Below, in pieces: positions 56,506-64,000 of a stretch of DNA of 64,000 nt (position 1 is its first letter; every line of letters begins with the position of its first letter). A program made the position numbers and the translations under genes. Origin of the DNA: Candidatus Nomurabacteria bacterium (GTDB taxonomy: Bacteria; Patescibacteriota; WWE3; UBA101185; UBA10185); contig JACKGU010000002.1 in the NCBI GenBank assembly GCA_020631855.1, forward strand, positions 22,569 to 86,568, in the 5' to 3' direction. Below the pieces are notes generated by a model. That model was not told the origin of the DNA. It worked only from the letters and a program-made list of their open reading frames with translations, and did not search any database.

Positions 56506-56794
56506 GCTCTTTAACCTTCATCTCTTTTTTAGCAAGATCCGCTTCCTGCTTATGGTTGAAGACAAGATTATTCAAATCATTGGTGAAACCCTTGAAAGAA
56601 TTAGCATTCAGAACATGGAAGTACCCAGACTCAGGATTACCAGTAAAGATTAGAGTATCACCAGGATTAATGTTCTGAGCTTTACGCAATTTAGCAGGTA
56701 TCACAATTTGACCGCGTGAACTTACCGGGGCGGTCCCGAACACTGTCATTTTTGCTTGTGGCTTCTTTTTTGAGCCTTTATCTTTCATAGTCAT
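56480..56794 (-). CDS. AbrB/MazE/SpoVT-type DNA-binding protein
   Basis: 104 aa; GQIVIPAKLRKAQNINPGDTL matches swapped-hairpin AbrB-domain pattern. Confidence 0.5.
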   Translation of the reverse strand: MTMKDKGSKKKPQAKMTVFGTAPVSSRGQIVIPAKLRKAQNINPGDTLIFTGNPESGYFHVLNANSFKGFTNDLNNLVFNHKQEADLAKKEMKVKEPTEKEDGK

Positions 56795-57095
56795 ATAAAA
56801 CGGTAACTACTCCACCGAGAAATTGTTCCTACAATAAAGAATAATCTTTAATGTAGGTTACGGGTATTATACAATACATCGATCTCGAGAAGTTCGCAAC
56901 ATCAGAAAGTGACAGAAACAACCTTGTATCTACTAGGGTAAAAGAAGTAAAATAAGGATGTTATTGATAGGCGGCGGCGAAAGATTCAATGCCAATATGT
57001 TCTTTAAGAAAACTAAGCTGGAGTTCCAAACTAGGCTCGATAAGAGGTCTTAGGTTCGAGCAAAGTACGGTGACCAGCTCCAAATTCTCCTACAT

Positions 57096-57872
57096 ATGCA
57101 AAAAAGCAAACTACCACCAAGTATAAGGTCAATAAGCAAATCCCCGATAGATCAACAAAAAATCATAAATGACATCCAGCAAGAACTGATAAACAATATA
57201 GACAAAAAATATAAGCTATCTTCTCTAAAATTTTATAAACACAAAACACACAATTACGGAGTGAAAACCCCATTAGTAAGAAAAATTGCAATAAAGTATT
57301 TTCGAGAAATAAAAAGCCTAAATAAAAAACAAATTTATGAAATTTGCGAAAATCTGTTGAAAAATAGAAGCAACGAAGAAGCAACTATATCCATACAGTG
57401 GGCAGGAGCTACTTCAAAAGACTTTACTGAAAAAGATTTCAAAATATTTGAAAGCTGGCTTACAAAATACATCGACAACTGGAGTAAAGACGACGATTTC
57501 TGTCTGCATATACTGAATCCGCTCTTAAAAATGTACCCAAACCTGATCGCACACACAAAAAAATGGGCTATGTCAAAAAATATGTGGCTTAGAAGGGCCT
57601 CAGCAGTTTGTATGATATCCTCGGACAAATCAATGTATGTATCGGAACATTCTTTAAACGATATATTTGAAGTATCAATAAAGCTAATGGGCGATCGAGA
57701 AGACCTGGTACAAAAAGGCTATGGCTGGTTACTAAAAGCAGCTTCGATACGCAAGCAGAGAGAAGTGTTTGATTTTATTATAGAAAATAAACTCAAAATG
57801 AGCAGAACCTCCTTAAGATATGCTATAGAGAAAATGCCTCCGGAACTAAGAAAAAAGGCTATGGAGAAATAA
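57096..57872 (+). CDS. DNA alkylation repair (AlkD/AlkC-like HEAT-repeat) protein
   Basis: 258 aa; helical-repeat architecture resembling the DNA_alkylation family; assignment from overall pattern only. Confidence 0.35.
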   Translation: MQKSKLPPSIRSISKSPIDQQKIINDIQQELINNIDKKYKLSSLKFYKHKTHNYGVKTPLVRKIAIKYFREIKSLNKKQIYEICENLLKNRSNEEATISIQWAGATSKDFTEKDFKIFESWLTKYIDNWSKDDDFCLHILNPLLKMYPNLIAHTKKWAMSKNMWLRRASAVCMISSDKSMYVSEHSLNDIFEVSIKLMGDREDLVQKGYGWLLKAASIRKQREVFDFIIENKLKMSRTSLRYAIEKMPPELRKKAMEK

Positions 57873-57904
57873 GCATTAAACGAAAAATTTTTTTTCGGTA
57901 AAAT

Positions 57905-58330
57905 TTACGAATTTTGCTCAAGATAAGACACAAAGAAATCTTTCAAAACTTCTGGGTGAACTTCCATGTTCTTAAAATAAGAGGGGATAACCCATACAGG
58001 TCTGACAAGTAAATTAGGATTTTCTTTCAAATGCTTTATTTCCACCTCATCTAAAAGCTCGGGCTCGCCGCTAACGTATTCGCAAAGATATAAAGATTGC
58101 TCGCACTTTCTTAAAGGATCGTAGGCTGAAAAAAGAAATTTAACAACCTTTGCTTGAATGGAGGTTTCTTCATAAAGCTCACGTAAAACGGTTTGCTCTA
58201 AAGTAGCGTCGGTTTCCTCATAGGTTCCTCCGGGAATTGTTAGATATACAGCACCATTTTTATACTTTAGCAACACTAACACCATGCCGTCTTTTATAAT
58301 CAGAGCTCTAGATTTTTTAGCAGATTTCAT
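57905..58330 (-). CDS. NUDIX hydrolase
   Basis: 141 aa; Nudix box GGTYEETDATLEQTVLRELYEETSI. Confidence 0.75.
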   Translation of the reverse strand: MKSAKKSRALIIKDGMVLVLLKYKNGAVYLTIPGGTYEETDATLEQTVLRELYEETSIQAKVVKFLFSAYDPLRKCEQSLYLCEYVSGEPELLDEVEIKHLKENPNLLVRPVWVIPSYFKNMEVHPEVLKDFFVSYLEQNS

Positions 58331-58409
58331 GCGAACATAATAACATACTAGGCAACAGCTTGGTTTAACAAGATTGATTATTACTATTTTATAATTTCGT
58401 TACTTAAAT

Positions 58410-58508
58410 CTACTTGTGTTAGCTATAGAAGCACTTTACTTAATATGCTCGGCTTTTCGGCGAAAAGAAATTACAGCAAACCATCTGCATAAGTTGGTGG
58501 TGGTTGAT
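58410..58508 (+). repeat. ~100-nt intergenic repeat element, copy C
   Basis: CTACTTGTGTTAGCTATAGAAGCACTTTACTTAATATGCTCGGCTTTTCGGCGAAAAGAAATTACAGCAAACC...TAAGTTGGTGGTGGTTGATA; hairpin with T-tract follows at 58571-58604. Confidence 0.6.
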
Positions 58509-58570
58509 AAGTTCGGCGTAGGTTTGTGTATTATTTTTAGCGGTTTTAGGTTTTTTGGTTGTTTATTTTT

Positions 58571-58604
58571 GAGGGCGGGCTGAAAGCCCGCCCTCTTCTT
58601 ATCT
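58571..58604 (+). terminator. GC-rich hairpin with flanking T-runs (intrinsic terminator-like)
   Basis: GAGGGCGGGC-tgaaa-GCCCGCCCTC; preceded by GTTTATTTTT and followed by TTCTTATCT. Confidence 0.45.
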
Positions 58605-58677
58605 ACCATCTTATTATTATTGTTCCAGTCCCCTGCCCTTTAATACCTCTCCCCGAGTCGTTTTCTAGGACTTTTTT

Positions 58678-59643
58678 CTATGCTTGCTGCTTAAGGTTTT
58701 TGCTGTCTTTAACAACAGTTTTCTTGTTCTCGGCTAATTTTCTTATGAAAAGAAATACGCCTAAGGCAGGTACCCATATCACCGAGAAGATCGCAATCTT
58801 AACTGCCAGCTCAGTGATGCTTTGCAAGGATATTACTAAGGATCTTATTGCTTCTTTAACAACAGTTTTAAAGCTCCAGCCGTTATTTGGTATGTATGGC
58901 AAGGTGTTTTCATTCGTGGCGACATAGATTGTTATCAAGTTAGTTTGTGATTGTTTTTCAAGCATGCGCATCTGTCCTTCTATTCTATCTATTTGTTTTT
59001 GTGTGTTTGTTATTGCCTGTTGAACTTTAAGAACTTCGTTAACATCTGTCGTAGTGGTTAAAAGGCCATAGAATATCTCGTTTGCTTTTTGTAAAGGTTC
59101 TAGCTGTTTTTCGTAGTTTGTATAAGAGTCGGTAATGTCTCCTACGTTTATTGTCTCGGTGACTACTCTAAGTCCGAGGGATTTTACTTCTTTTACAAAA
59201 AGATCTTTATTTTCCCCCGGTATCCTTACAGTTATTGATCCGTAAGAATTCTCTTCACCATTGCTTATGTCTTTTGTAACAAGGTAGCCTTTAGCTTTGT
59301 TTTGAGCAATTTCTTGAATATCTAAAACAGCTTTATTCACATCAAGCACTACCATTGATAGCATTGATTCCACTTTGTACATCATTGAAGATGAGGCTGG
59401 CGAAATCTGCGCTTCGTCTACTCCCGTCTCAAAAGTTACGCCTTTGTTATAATCTGCCGCGAAGTCTCTTGTATTACCCACGTAGTTTATATCACCCACG
59501 CCTCTCATATGAGAGGTATAGTAAGGTTTTTGCATCCAACCGCCGTTTGCGCCTAATCTATAGGCAAAAAAAGCAGCTACTAAGACTATAAGTGTTGTTT
59601 TATGGTCTTTTATAAGTTTAAGCAGACTATCTTTTAAATGCAT
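58678..59643 (-). CDS. hypothetical secreted/membrane-anchored protein
   Basis: 321 aa; N-terminal LIVLVAAFFAYRLGA TM/signal. Confidence 0.45.
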   Translation of the reverse strand: MHLKDSLLKLIKDHKTTLIVLVAAFFAYRLGANGGWMQKPYYTSHMRGVGDINYVGNTRDFAADYNKGVTFETGVDEAQISPASSSMMYKVESMLSMVVLDVNKAVLDIQEIAQNKAKGYLVTKDISNGEENSYGSITVRIPGENKDLFVKEVKSLGLRVVTETINVGDITDSYTNYEKQLEPLQKANEIFYGLLTTTTDVNEVLKVQQAITNTQKQIDRIEGQMRMLEKQSQTNLITIYVATNENTLPYIPNNGWSFKTVVKEAIRSLVISLQSITELAVKIAIFSVIWVPALGVFLFIRKLAENKKTVVKDSKNLKQQA

Positions 59644-59650
59644 ATAAATA

Positions 59651-60247
59651 TTATAATCTTTCTTCTACAACTTTCCAGTTTACTGTTTTCCACCAATTTT
59701 CTATGTATTCCGCTCTTCTGTTTTGATACTTTAGGTAATACGCATGTTCCCACACATCAAGCCCGAGAACAGGCTTGCCGCCTGTCATAATCGGGTTATC
59801 CTGGTTTGGGGTAGATTCTATTTTCAGCTTTCCTTCCTGCGTAAGTGTAAGCCATGCCCATCCGCTGCCAAATCTTGTAAGGGCGGATTGAGTAAATTGT
59901 TCTTTGAAAGATTCAAAGGTTTGAAAATCTTTTTCAACACGCATTATTAATGTTTCAGATGGCTCGGCGTACTTCGGCGCCATGCTCTCCCAAAATAAAA
60001 GGTGGTTGTAGTAACCTCCTCCGTTATTTTGAACAGATGTTCTAATATCTTCGGGAAGAGAGGCTATGTTTTGCAGTAATTCCTCTATGTTTTTTGCACT
60101 AAGTTCGTTATGTTTTTCCAACGACGCGTTAAGATTAGTAGTATATGCTTGATGGTGCTTTGTATAATGAATTTCCATTGTTTGTGCGTCTATATATGGC
60201 TCCAGATCTTCATAAGAAAATTTTAATTTTGGTAGTTCGAATGTCAT
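59651..60247 (-). CDS. Fe/Mn-family superoxide dismutase
   Basis: 198 aa; LPKLKFSYEDLEPYIDAQTMEIHYTKHHQAY N-terminal motif and C-terminal DVWEHAYY metal-ligand motif. Confidence 0.85.
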   Translation of the reverse strand: MTFELPKLKFSYEDLEPYIDAQTMEIHYTKHHQAYTTNLNASLEKHNELSAKNIEELLQNIASLPEDIRTSVQNNGGGYYNHLLFWESMAPKYAEPSETLIMRVEKDFQTFESFKEQFTQSALTRFGSGWAWLTLTQEGKLKIESTPNQDNPIMTGGKPVLGLDVWEHAYYLKYQNRRAEYIENWWKTVNWKVVEERL

Positions 60248-60329
60248 AAATATCCTTTCAGGTTTTTACCTAAATTTAATAATAATTGCTTTCAGACTTC
60301 AGATTTGTAAAGTTAAAAGAGTATTTCCA

Positions 60330-62123
60330 TTATAGCACTCTTACCGGGTCTTTTTGGCACCAGCTTCCTACATAAGCTTTTTTTCCGACTAAATTATATA
60401 TTATTGACGTGTACTCCTTATTAAGTTCTATTTCCTTGGTGTGTTTTTTAATGTTAGGTAAGTTTGGCTTTCTACTCTCAAAAATTCTTGGGTTTTTCAG
60501 AAAGATTGGTCTTTCAGGATTCAGTAAGGACAGCATTCTAGTTGCTTTTATATTTTGATCGATCGTGTAGTCATCTACAAAACATCGATATAGGCCTGAG
60601 AAATCTAAGTGTGTCCCAGTCTCAAAGAAATTATTTTCGATAACGTATTTTATATAAGAATCATCTACATAGATTTGAGATGACACTAAATATTTTTCGG
60701 AAATTTTCTGGGCCTGCTCCCATTTAATTCTTTTAATTTGTATGTCGTCTAAAGACAGTGCAAAAGTAATAAAAACAAACAAAATACTTACTGCTACAAA
60801 AAGGTGCTTACTATATTTTTGCGCGACATTTTTCTTATCATCGTATATTGAAAAAAGATACAAAATAAAAATTAAAGATGCCGGTGCTAAGTATCTGTCG
60901 TAAAAGTCGCTTGATACTATAGTAAAAGATAATAAAAATACCGTGGAAAAAAGTAGATAAAGCGACTCTTTACCTTTTTTTATAGCGTTGAGTATTTTTT
61001 TGCGTTCTGCTAATGTGATTTCTATAAGATTAATTATCCCAATAGAAATCAAGAAACTAATAAATAATTTAAAGAAGCTGTTGTCAAAAAGACTCTCGTT
61101 TTGTGCATAGTAATTTTTTGCATACAACTTTTCTACATAAAAAACATTACCCATTGCAAAGTTGTCGTGGGGGAATAGCAAATTTACGGCTAGAAAACTC
61201 GCAACTATAGCTTTAATGAAAAAATAGCGCATTTTATTTTTTACTCCCATGGTTAGGGTTAAAGGCAACGTAAAATATATAAAATAAGGTATTATTCTCC
61301 ATAGCTTTGCGATTCTGCCTGATAGTTCCTCTACACTAAGTAGTATTGTACTTTTAACGTATGAAGAAGCCTCTGCGTCCCTGTAGGTTGGCCATGCCAG
61401 CCAAATTCCAAGCCCCAGTAAGGGAAGAAACAAAAGAATTACGAGCTGCTTGAGGGGGACATATTTTAAGGTTTTAAATAGGTTTTTGCCCGACAGGCTG
61501 CTTTTTTTGAAATTAGTGTAAAAAGTATTATATATCTCTGATCCCAGTGCGTAAGCAATGAAAGTGTTTACCACAGCCAAAAGACCTACCTGTCGGACAA
61601 GCACAGAGGCTGCAGCTAATAACATGCTTATATATATATTTTTAACATTTTTACTTTTAATATAAGCGAGTGAAAAATATGTGTTCCAGATTAATATAGA
61701 AATAAAGTAATTCTCAGACATATATGAGAAGGTGGAGCTGTACAGAATAGGATTAAAAAGCATTAATAAGAATGTTGCGCCTAGTATTGTATTGGAGACC
61801 TTTGCAGGCTTAAGAAGTTTCAGTATTTTATAAAATCCAACCCCTCCCGTAATAGTAATTAAAAGGGTGAGAAATCTTATTGTTTCGAAAGAATAACCGA
61901 ATATTCTAGACCAGATCACTCCGGCTACCCCTTGTAAGATAAAAGACATGTCAAGTTTTTGTTGCAGCGCGAAATCCCCGGCCAAAAACATCTTGAGTTG
62001 AATATGCATTACCCAGTCGTCATTTACAACATAGTTACCTCCAAGGCCAATAATAAGAATTGATGTTACAAATAACCCTAAGCATGAAAAAAGAGTCTTA
62101 TGTGATATGAGTATATTTTTCAT
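60330..62123 (-). CDS. GT39/GT83-like (PMT/ArnT-type) polytopic membrane glycosyltransferase
   Basis: 597 aa, more than 10 TM helices; architecture like dolichyl/undecaprenyl-phosphate sugar transferases; overlaps upstream gene by 4 nt. Confidence 0.4.
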   Translation of the reverse strand: MKNILISHKTLFSCLGLFVTSILIIGLGGNYVVNDDWVMHIQLKMFLAGDFALQQKLDMSFILQGVAGVIWSRIFGYSFETIRFLTLLITITGGVGFYKILKLLKPAKVSNTILGATFLLMLFNPILYSSTFSYMSENYFISILIWNTYFSLAYIKSKNVKNIYISMLLAAASVLVRQVGLLAVVNTFIAYALGSEIYNTFYTNFKKSSLSGKNLFKTLKYVPLKQLVILLFLPLLGLGIWLAWPTYRDAEASSYVKSTILLSVEELSGRIAKLWRIIPYFIYFTLPLTLTMGVKNKMRYFFIKAIVASFLAVNLLFPHDNFAMGNVFYVEKLYAKNYYAQNESLFDNSFFKLFISFLISIGIINLIEITLAERKKILNAIKKGKESLYLLFSTVFLLSFTIVSSDFYDRYLAPASLIFILYLFSIYDDKKNVAQKYSKHLFVAVSILFVFITFALSLDDIQIKRIKWEQAQKISEKYLVSSQIYVDDSYIKYVIENNFFETGTHLDFSGLYRCFVDDYTIDQNIKATRMLSLLNPERPIFLKNPRIFESRKPNLPNIKKHTKEIELNKEYTSIIYNLVGKKAYVGSWCQKDPVRVL

Positions 62124-63637
62124 TGTAGTCGCCTGTAGATATTAATTGTTTTTTCTTCGGGAGTAAAAATAGTGTATTCCTTTGAATAGTAAAAAGGATC
62201 ATCTATGTCTGTCTGCACCGATTTCGCGTTTTGCATCTCCTGCGAGTCCTCCACCTCTATGAAGTATTGAGGAGCTTCAAGGAACAATGTTAGGGGCTTT
62301 AAATAGAATTCGGCAACGGTATTGTTATCGTTTGTTTCAAAATTTCGAGTTTTTTCTACAGGCAAGGGCCCCAGCAAATATTCTGCGATTTTATCCCACG
62401 CCCTGTTGTAAGGAAAGCCGTATAAGAAGAGCTGGGATTTATCACGGTCAATTTTATCTAGGTTGATGCCGTATATGTTGGTATCTTCCCATGGATATTT
62501 TTTATTTACTGAGGGCGTGAAAATTAAAGATATGTAAAAAATACCAACGGCGAGAGCACTGCAGATAAGTGCATACAATAGGCTTTGTTGTTTTTTATTA
62601 TTAGGAATTGCGGATAGTTTCTCTAGGCCAATTGCCGACACAATAATCAAAGGAATTATGTAATTTAGTATATGAGTCCCCGGCCTTGAGAATATAAACT
62701 CAAAAAGTATAAATGGTATTAAAAACCAAACTAAAATTATATAGGTATGCGTCGATGCCCTTACATTTCTGTTTAAAAAAGATTTAGCTGCTGTAATTAT
62801 ACCTAAGACAGGTAGAAAGTAAGCAAAAACAAAAGGGTTGTAAACGTAAAAAGTATACAGGGAGTTATTTGGGAGTTGGTTTATTCCGTTGAGCCTCTTT
62901 TGCAAGTAGCTCAGTGTGTTTTCCTGGAAGAAACCTTTGATAATGTACGGTATATAGAAAGCTGCCGCAATGAGAGCGGCCATAAAAAGAAAAAGTAGCA
63001 AGTTATTAGTTAAATTACGCTTATCGGAAATATTTTTAGTTTTTGATAGTTTGGTAGCAAAAACGAGAATTATTGGAATAAAAATAAAAATTCCATCGTA
63101 GTGAGACAGGAGTGCTAACCCGGCAGATATGCCGGCTAAGGTAAGTGAGAAAACACCTAGAATTTTTTTATTATAAGAATTGCTCGCAGACTGCAGTCCT
63201 ATAAGAGTTAAATACAGCGCTAGAAAGGAAAAAAAATGCACCATGCTTTGATATTGCGCGGTGCGACTAAATGCTATAAAAAATCCGTTTGATAGGTATA
63301 TTAATGTTGCTATGAATCCTGTTTTATTATTGAACATTTTTGAAACTGCGCCGTAGAAGAAAATTGTTGAGGCTAGACCTGCTACTGCAAAGGGCAGTCT
63401 CATAAATTGTTCCGAGTAACCCCCGGTAATTTTCTCCATGCCCCAGGTCGCTATAAATTGCATTGGGCCTTTTCTTTGATTAAGTAAAAATTGTATTGGG
63501 GTAAGGTATTTGTCGGTATATAAAGCTTTTGTTTCATCTCCGTAATAGTTTGAATACCCTAAATTACTAAAACGAGGCGGCAGGGCTAAAAGCAAGATGA
63601 CTATTACTGGTATTATTATTTTAAGTTTTTTTCTCAT
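62120..63637 (-). CDS. GT39/GT83-like (PMT/ArnT-type) polytopic membrane glycosyltransferase
   Basis: 505 aa; first loop YYGDETKALY resembles DE motif of GT-C transferases; many TM helices. Confidence 0.45.
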   Translation of the reverse strand: MRKKLKIIIPVIVILLLALPPRFSNLGYSNYYGDETKALYTDKYLTPIQFLLNQRKGPMQFIATWGMEKITGGYSEQFMRLPFAVAGLASTIFFYGAVSKMFNNKTGFIATLIYLSNGFFIAFSRTAQYQSMVHFFSFLALYLTLIGLQSASNSYNKKILGVFSLTLAGISAGLALLSHYDGIFIFIPIILVFATKLSKTKNISDKRNLTNNLLLFLFMAALIAAAFYIPYIIKGFFQENTLSYLQKRLNGINQLPNNSLYTFYVYNPFVFAYFLPVLGIITAAKSFLNRNVRASTHTYIILVWFLIPFILFEFIFSRPGTHILNYIIPLIIVSAIGLEKLSAIPNNKKQQSLLYALICSALAVGIFYISLIFTPSVNKKYPWEDTNIYGINLDKIDRDKSQLFLYGFPYNRAWDKIAEYLLGPLPVEKTRNFETNDNNTVAEFYLKPLTLFLEAPQYFIEVEDSQEMQNAKSVQTDIDDPFYYSKEYTIFTPEEKTINIYRRLQ

Positions 63638-63660
63638 GTTTTATAACTTCGTTAATTAAA

Positions 63661-63757
63661 ACTATTGCGCAAGCTATAGATGTAGTTTACCCAACATGTT
63701 GTGCTTTGTAACGCAAAAAACTACAGCAACCACCTGCGTAAGCTGGTGGTGGTTGAT
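63661..63757 (+). repeat. ~100-nt intergenic repeat element, copy D
   Basis: ...CAAGCTATAGATGTAGTTTACCCAACATGTTGTGCTTTGTAACGCAAAAAACTACAGCAACCACCTGCGTAAGCTGGTGGTGGTTGATA. Confidence 0.6.
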
Positions 63758-63844
63758 AGTTTAAATAATAACATTTTAGAATAGTCCATAGAATCGTTCT
63801 CGTTTGTTATGGAAGTTTAATTGTTTTACATATAAAATAGCATT

Positions 63845-64000
63845 ATGAATGAGTTTAAAGTGCTGGGCGTTATTGTGAGCTACAACACGCGAGCTACACT
63901 TGATGAGTGTTTAAAAAATCTAGTTGAAATAAAAAATAGTGCCCCGGCAAAGTTTTTAGAGATAGTTGTGTATGATAATGCTTCTAATGACGGCTCGGCT
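63845..64000 (+). CDS. GT2 family glycosyltransferase, partial (N-terminal 52 codons)
   Basis: MNEFKVLGVIVSYNTRATLDECLKN...IVVYDNASNDGS matches GT2 N-terminus; runs off window end. Confidence 0.55.
   Translation, partial: MNEFKVLGVIVSYNTRATLDECLKNLVEIKNSAPAKFLEIVVYDNASNDGSA

Larger units (their letters stand above)
23535..57090. mobile_element. prophage-like integrated element at tRNA-Gly (serine integrase, DGR, defence-like gene, capsid/tail/lysis module); right boundary approximate
   Basis: Integrase 3' end antisense to tRNA-Gly; XRE regulator; DGR; contiguous same-strand block of scaffold/capsid-like/tail/amidase/M23/holin genes; flanking genes on both sides are cellular housekeeping. 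Confidence 0.6.

Noticed and set aside
58559-58927. 122-aa plus-strand ORF
   Set aside because: Overlaps the better-supported minus-strand secreted-protein gene 58678-59643 and begins inside a terminator hairpin. Likely spurious.

Overview
This is a 64-kb window from an AT-rich bacterial genome that uses the standard code. TAA, TAG (proS) and TGA (trxB) all terminate genes. The protein mix suggests an uncultivated, possibly Patescibacteria/CPR-like lineage: archaeal-type ProRS, a class II GAPDH-like protein, many small secreted or membrane hypotheticals, and GT39-like transferases. That placement is inference only.

Left third (1-23.5 kb): housekeeping and envelope genes.
- Two tandem GH73-like peptidoglycan hydrolases.
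- VIT-family and DUF427 proteins.
- A GT2-membrane fusion next to a CrtI-like desaturase.
- A CcdA-thioredoxin fusion.
- proS, trxB, an EamA transporter, a disrupted 2-hydroxyacid dehydrogenase pseudogene, and a GT1.
- tRNA-Pro(TGG), tRNA-Arg(TCT) and tRNA-Leu(TAA).

Middle (about 23.5-57 kb): a prophage-like island inserted at tRNA-Gly(TCC).
- A large serine recombinase whose 3' end runs antisense through the tRNA.
- Small hypotheticals, a TPR plus HEPN-like protein, and an XRE regulator.
- A complete diversity-generating retroelement (DGR):
  - Avd (28986-29324), a 119-nt template repeat (TR, 29358-29476) and a reverse transcriptase (29670-30770) carrying the IGNxxSQ signature.
  - A 1544-aa membrane-anchored target protein whose variable repeat (VR, 31932-32050) differs from the TR at 15 positions, 14 of them TR adenines.
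- A co-operonic MacB/FtsX-like ABC transporter follows the target.
- A structural module follows: scaffold-like, capsid-like, tail and fibre proteins, a 1534-aa virion protein, an Amidase_2 tail protein, an M23 peptidase, and holin-like proteins. No recognisable terminase or portal was seen.
- An AbrB-like regulator sits at the right edge.

Right end (57-64 kb): AlkD-like, NUDIX and Fe/Mn SOD genes, tandem GT39-like membrane glycosyltransferases, and a partial GT2.

A roughly 100-nt intergenic element occurs five times across the window, with a central hairpin that shows compensatory base changes.
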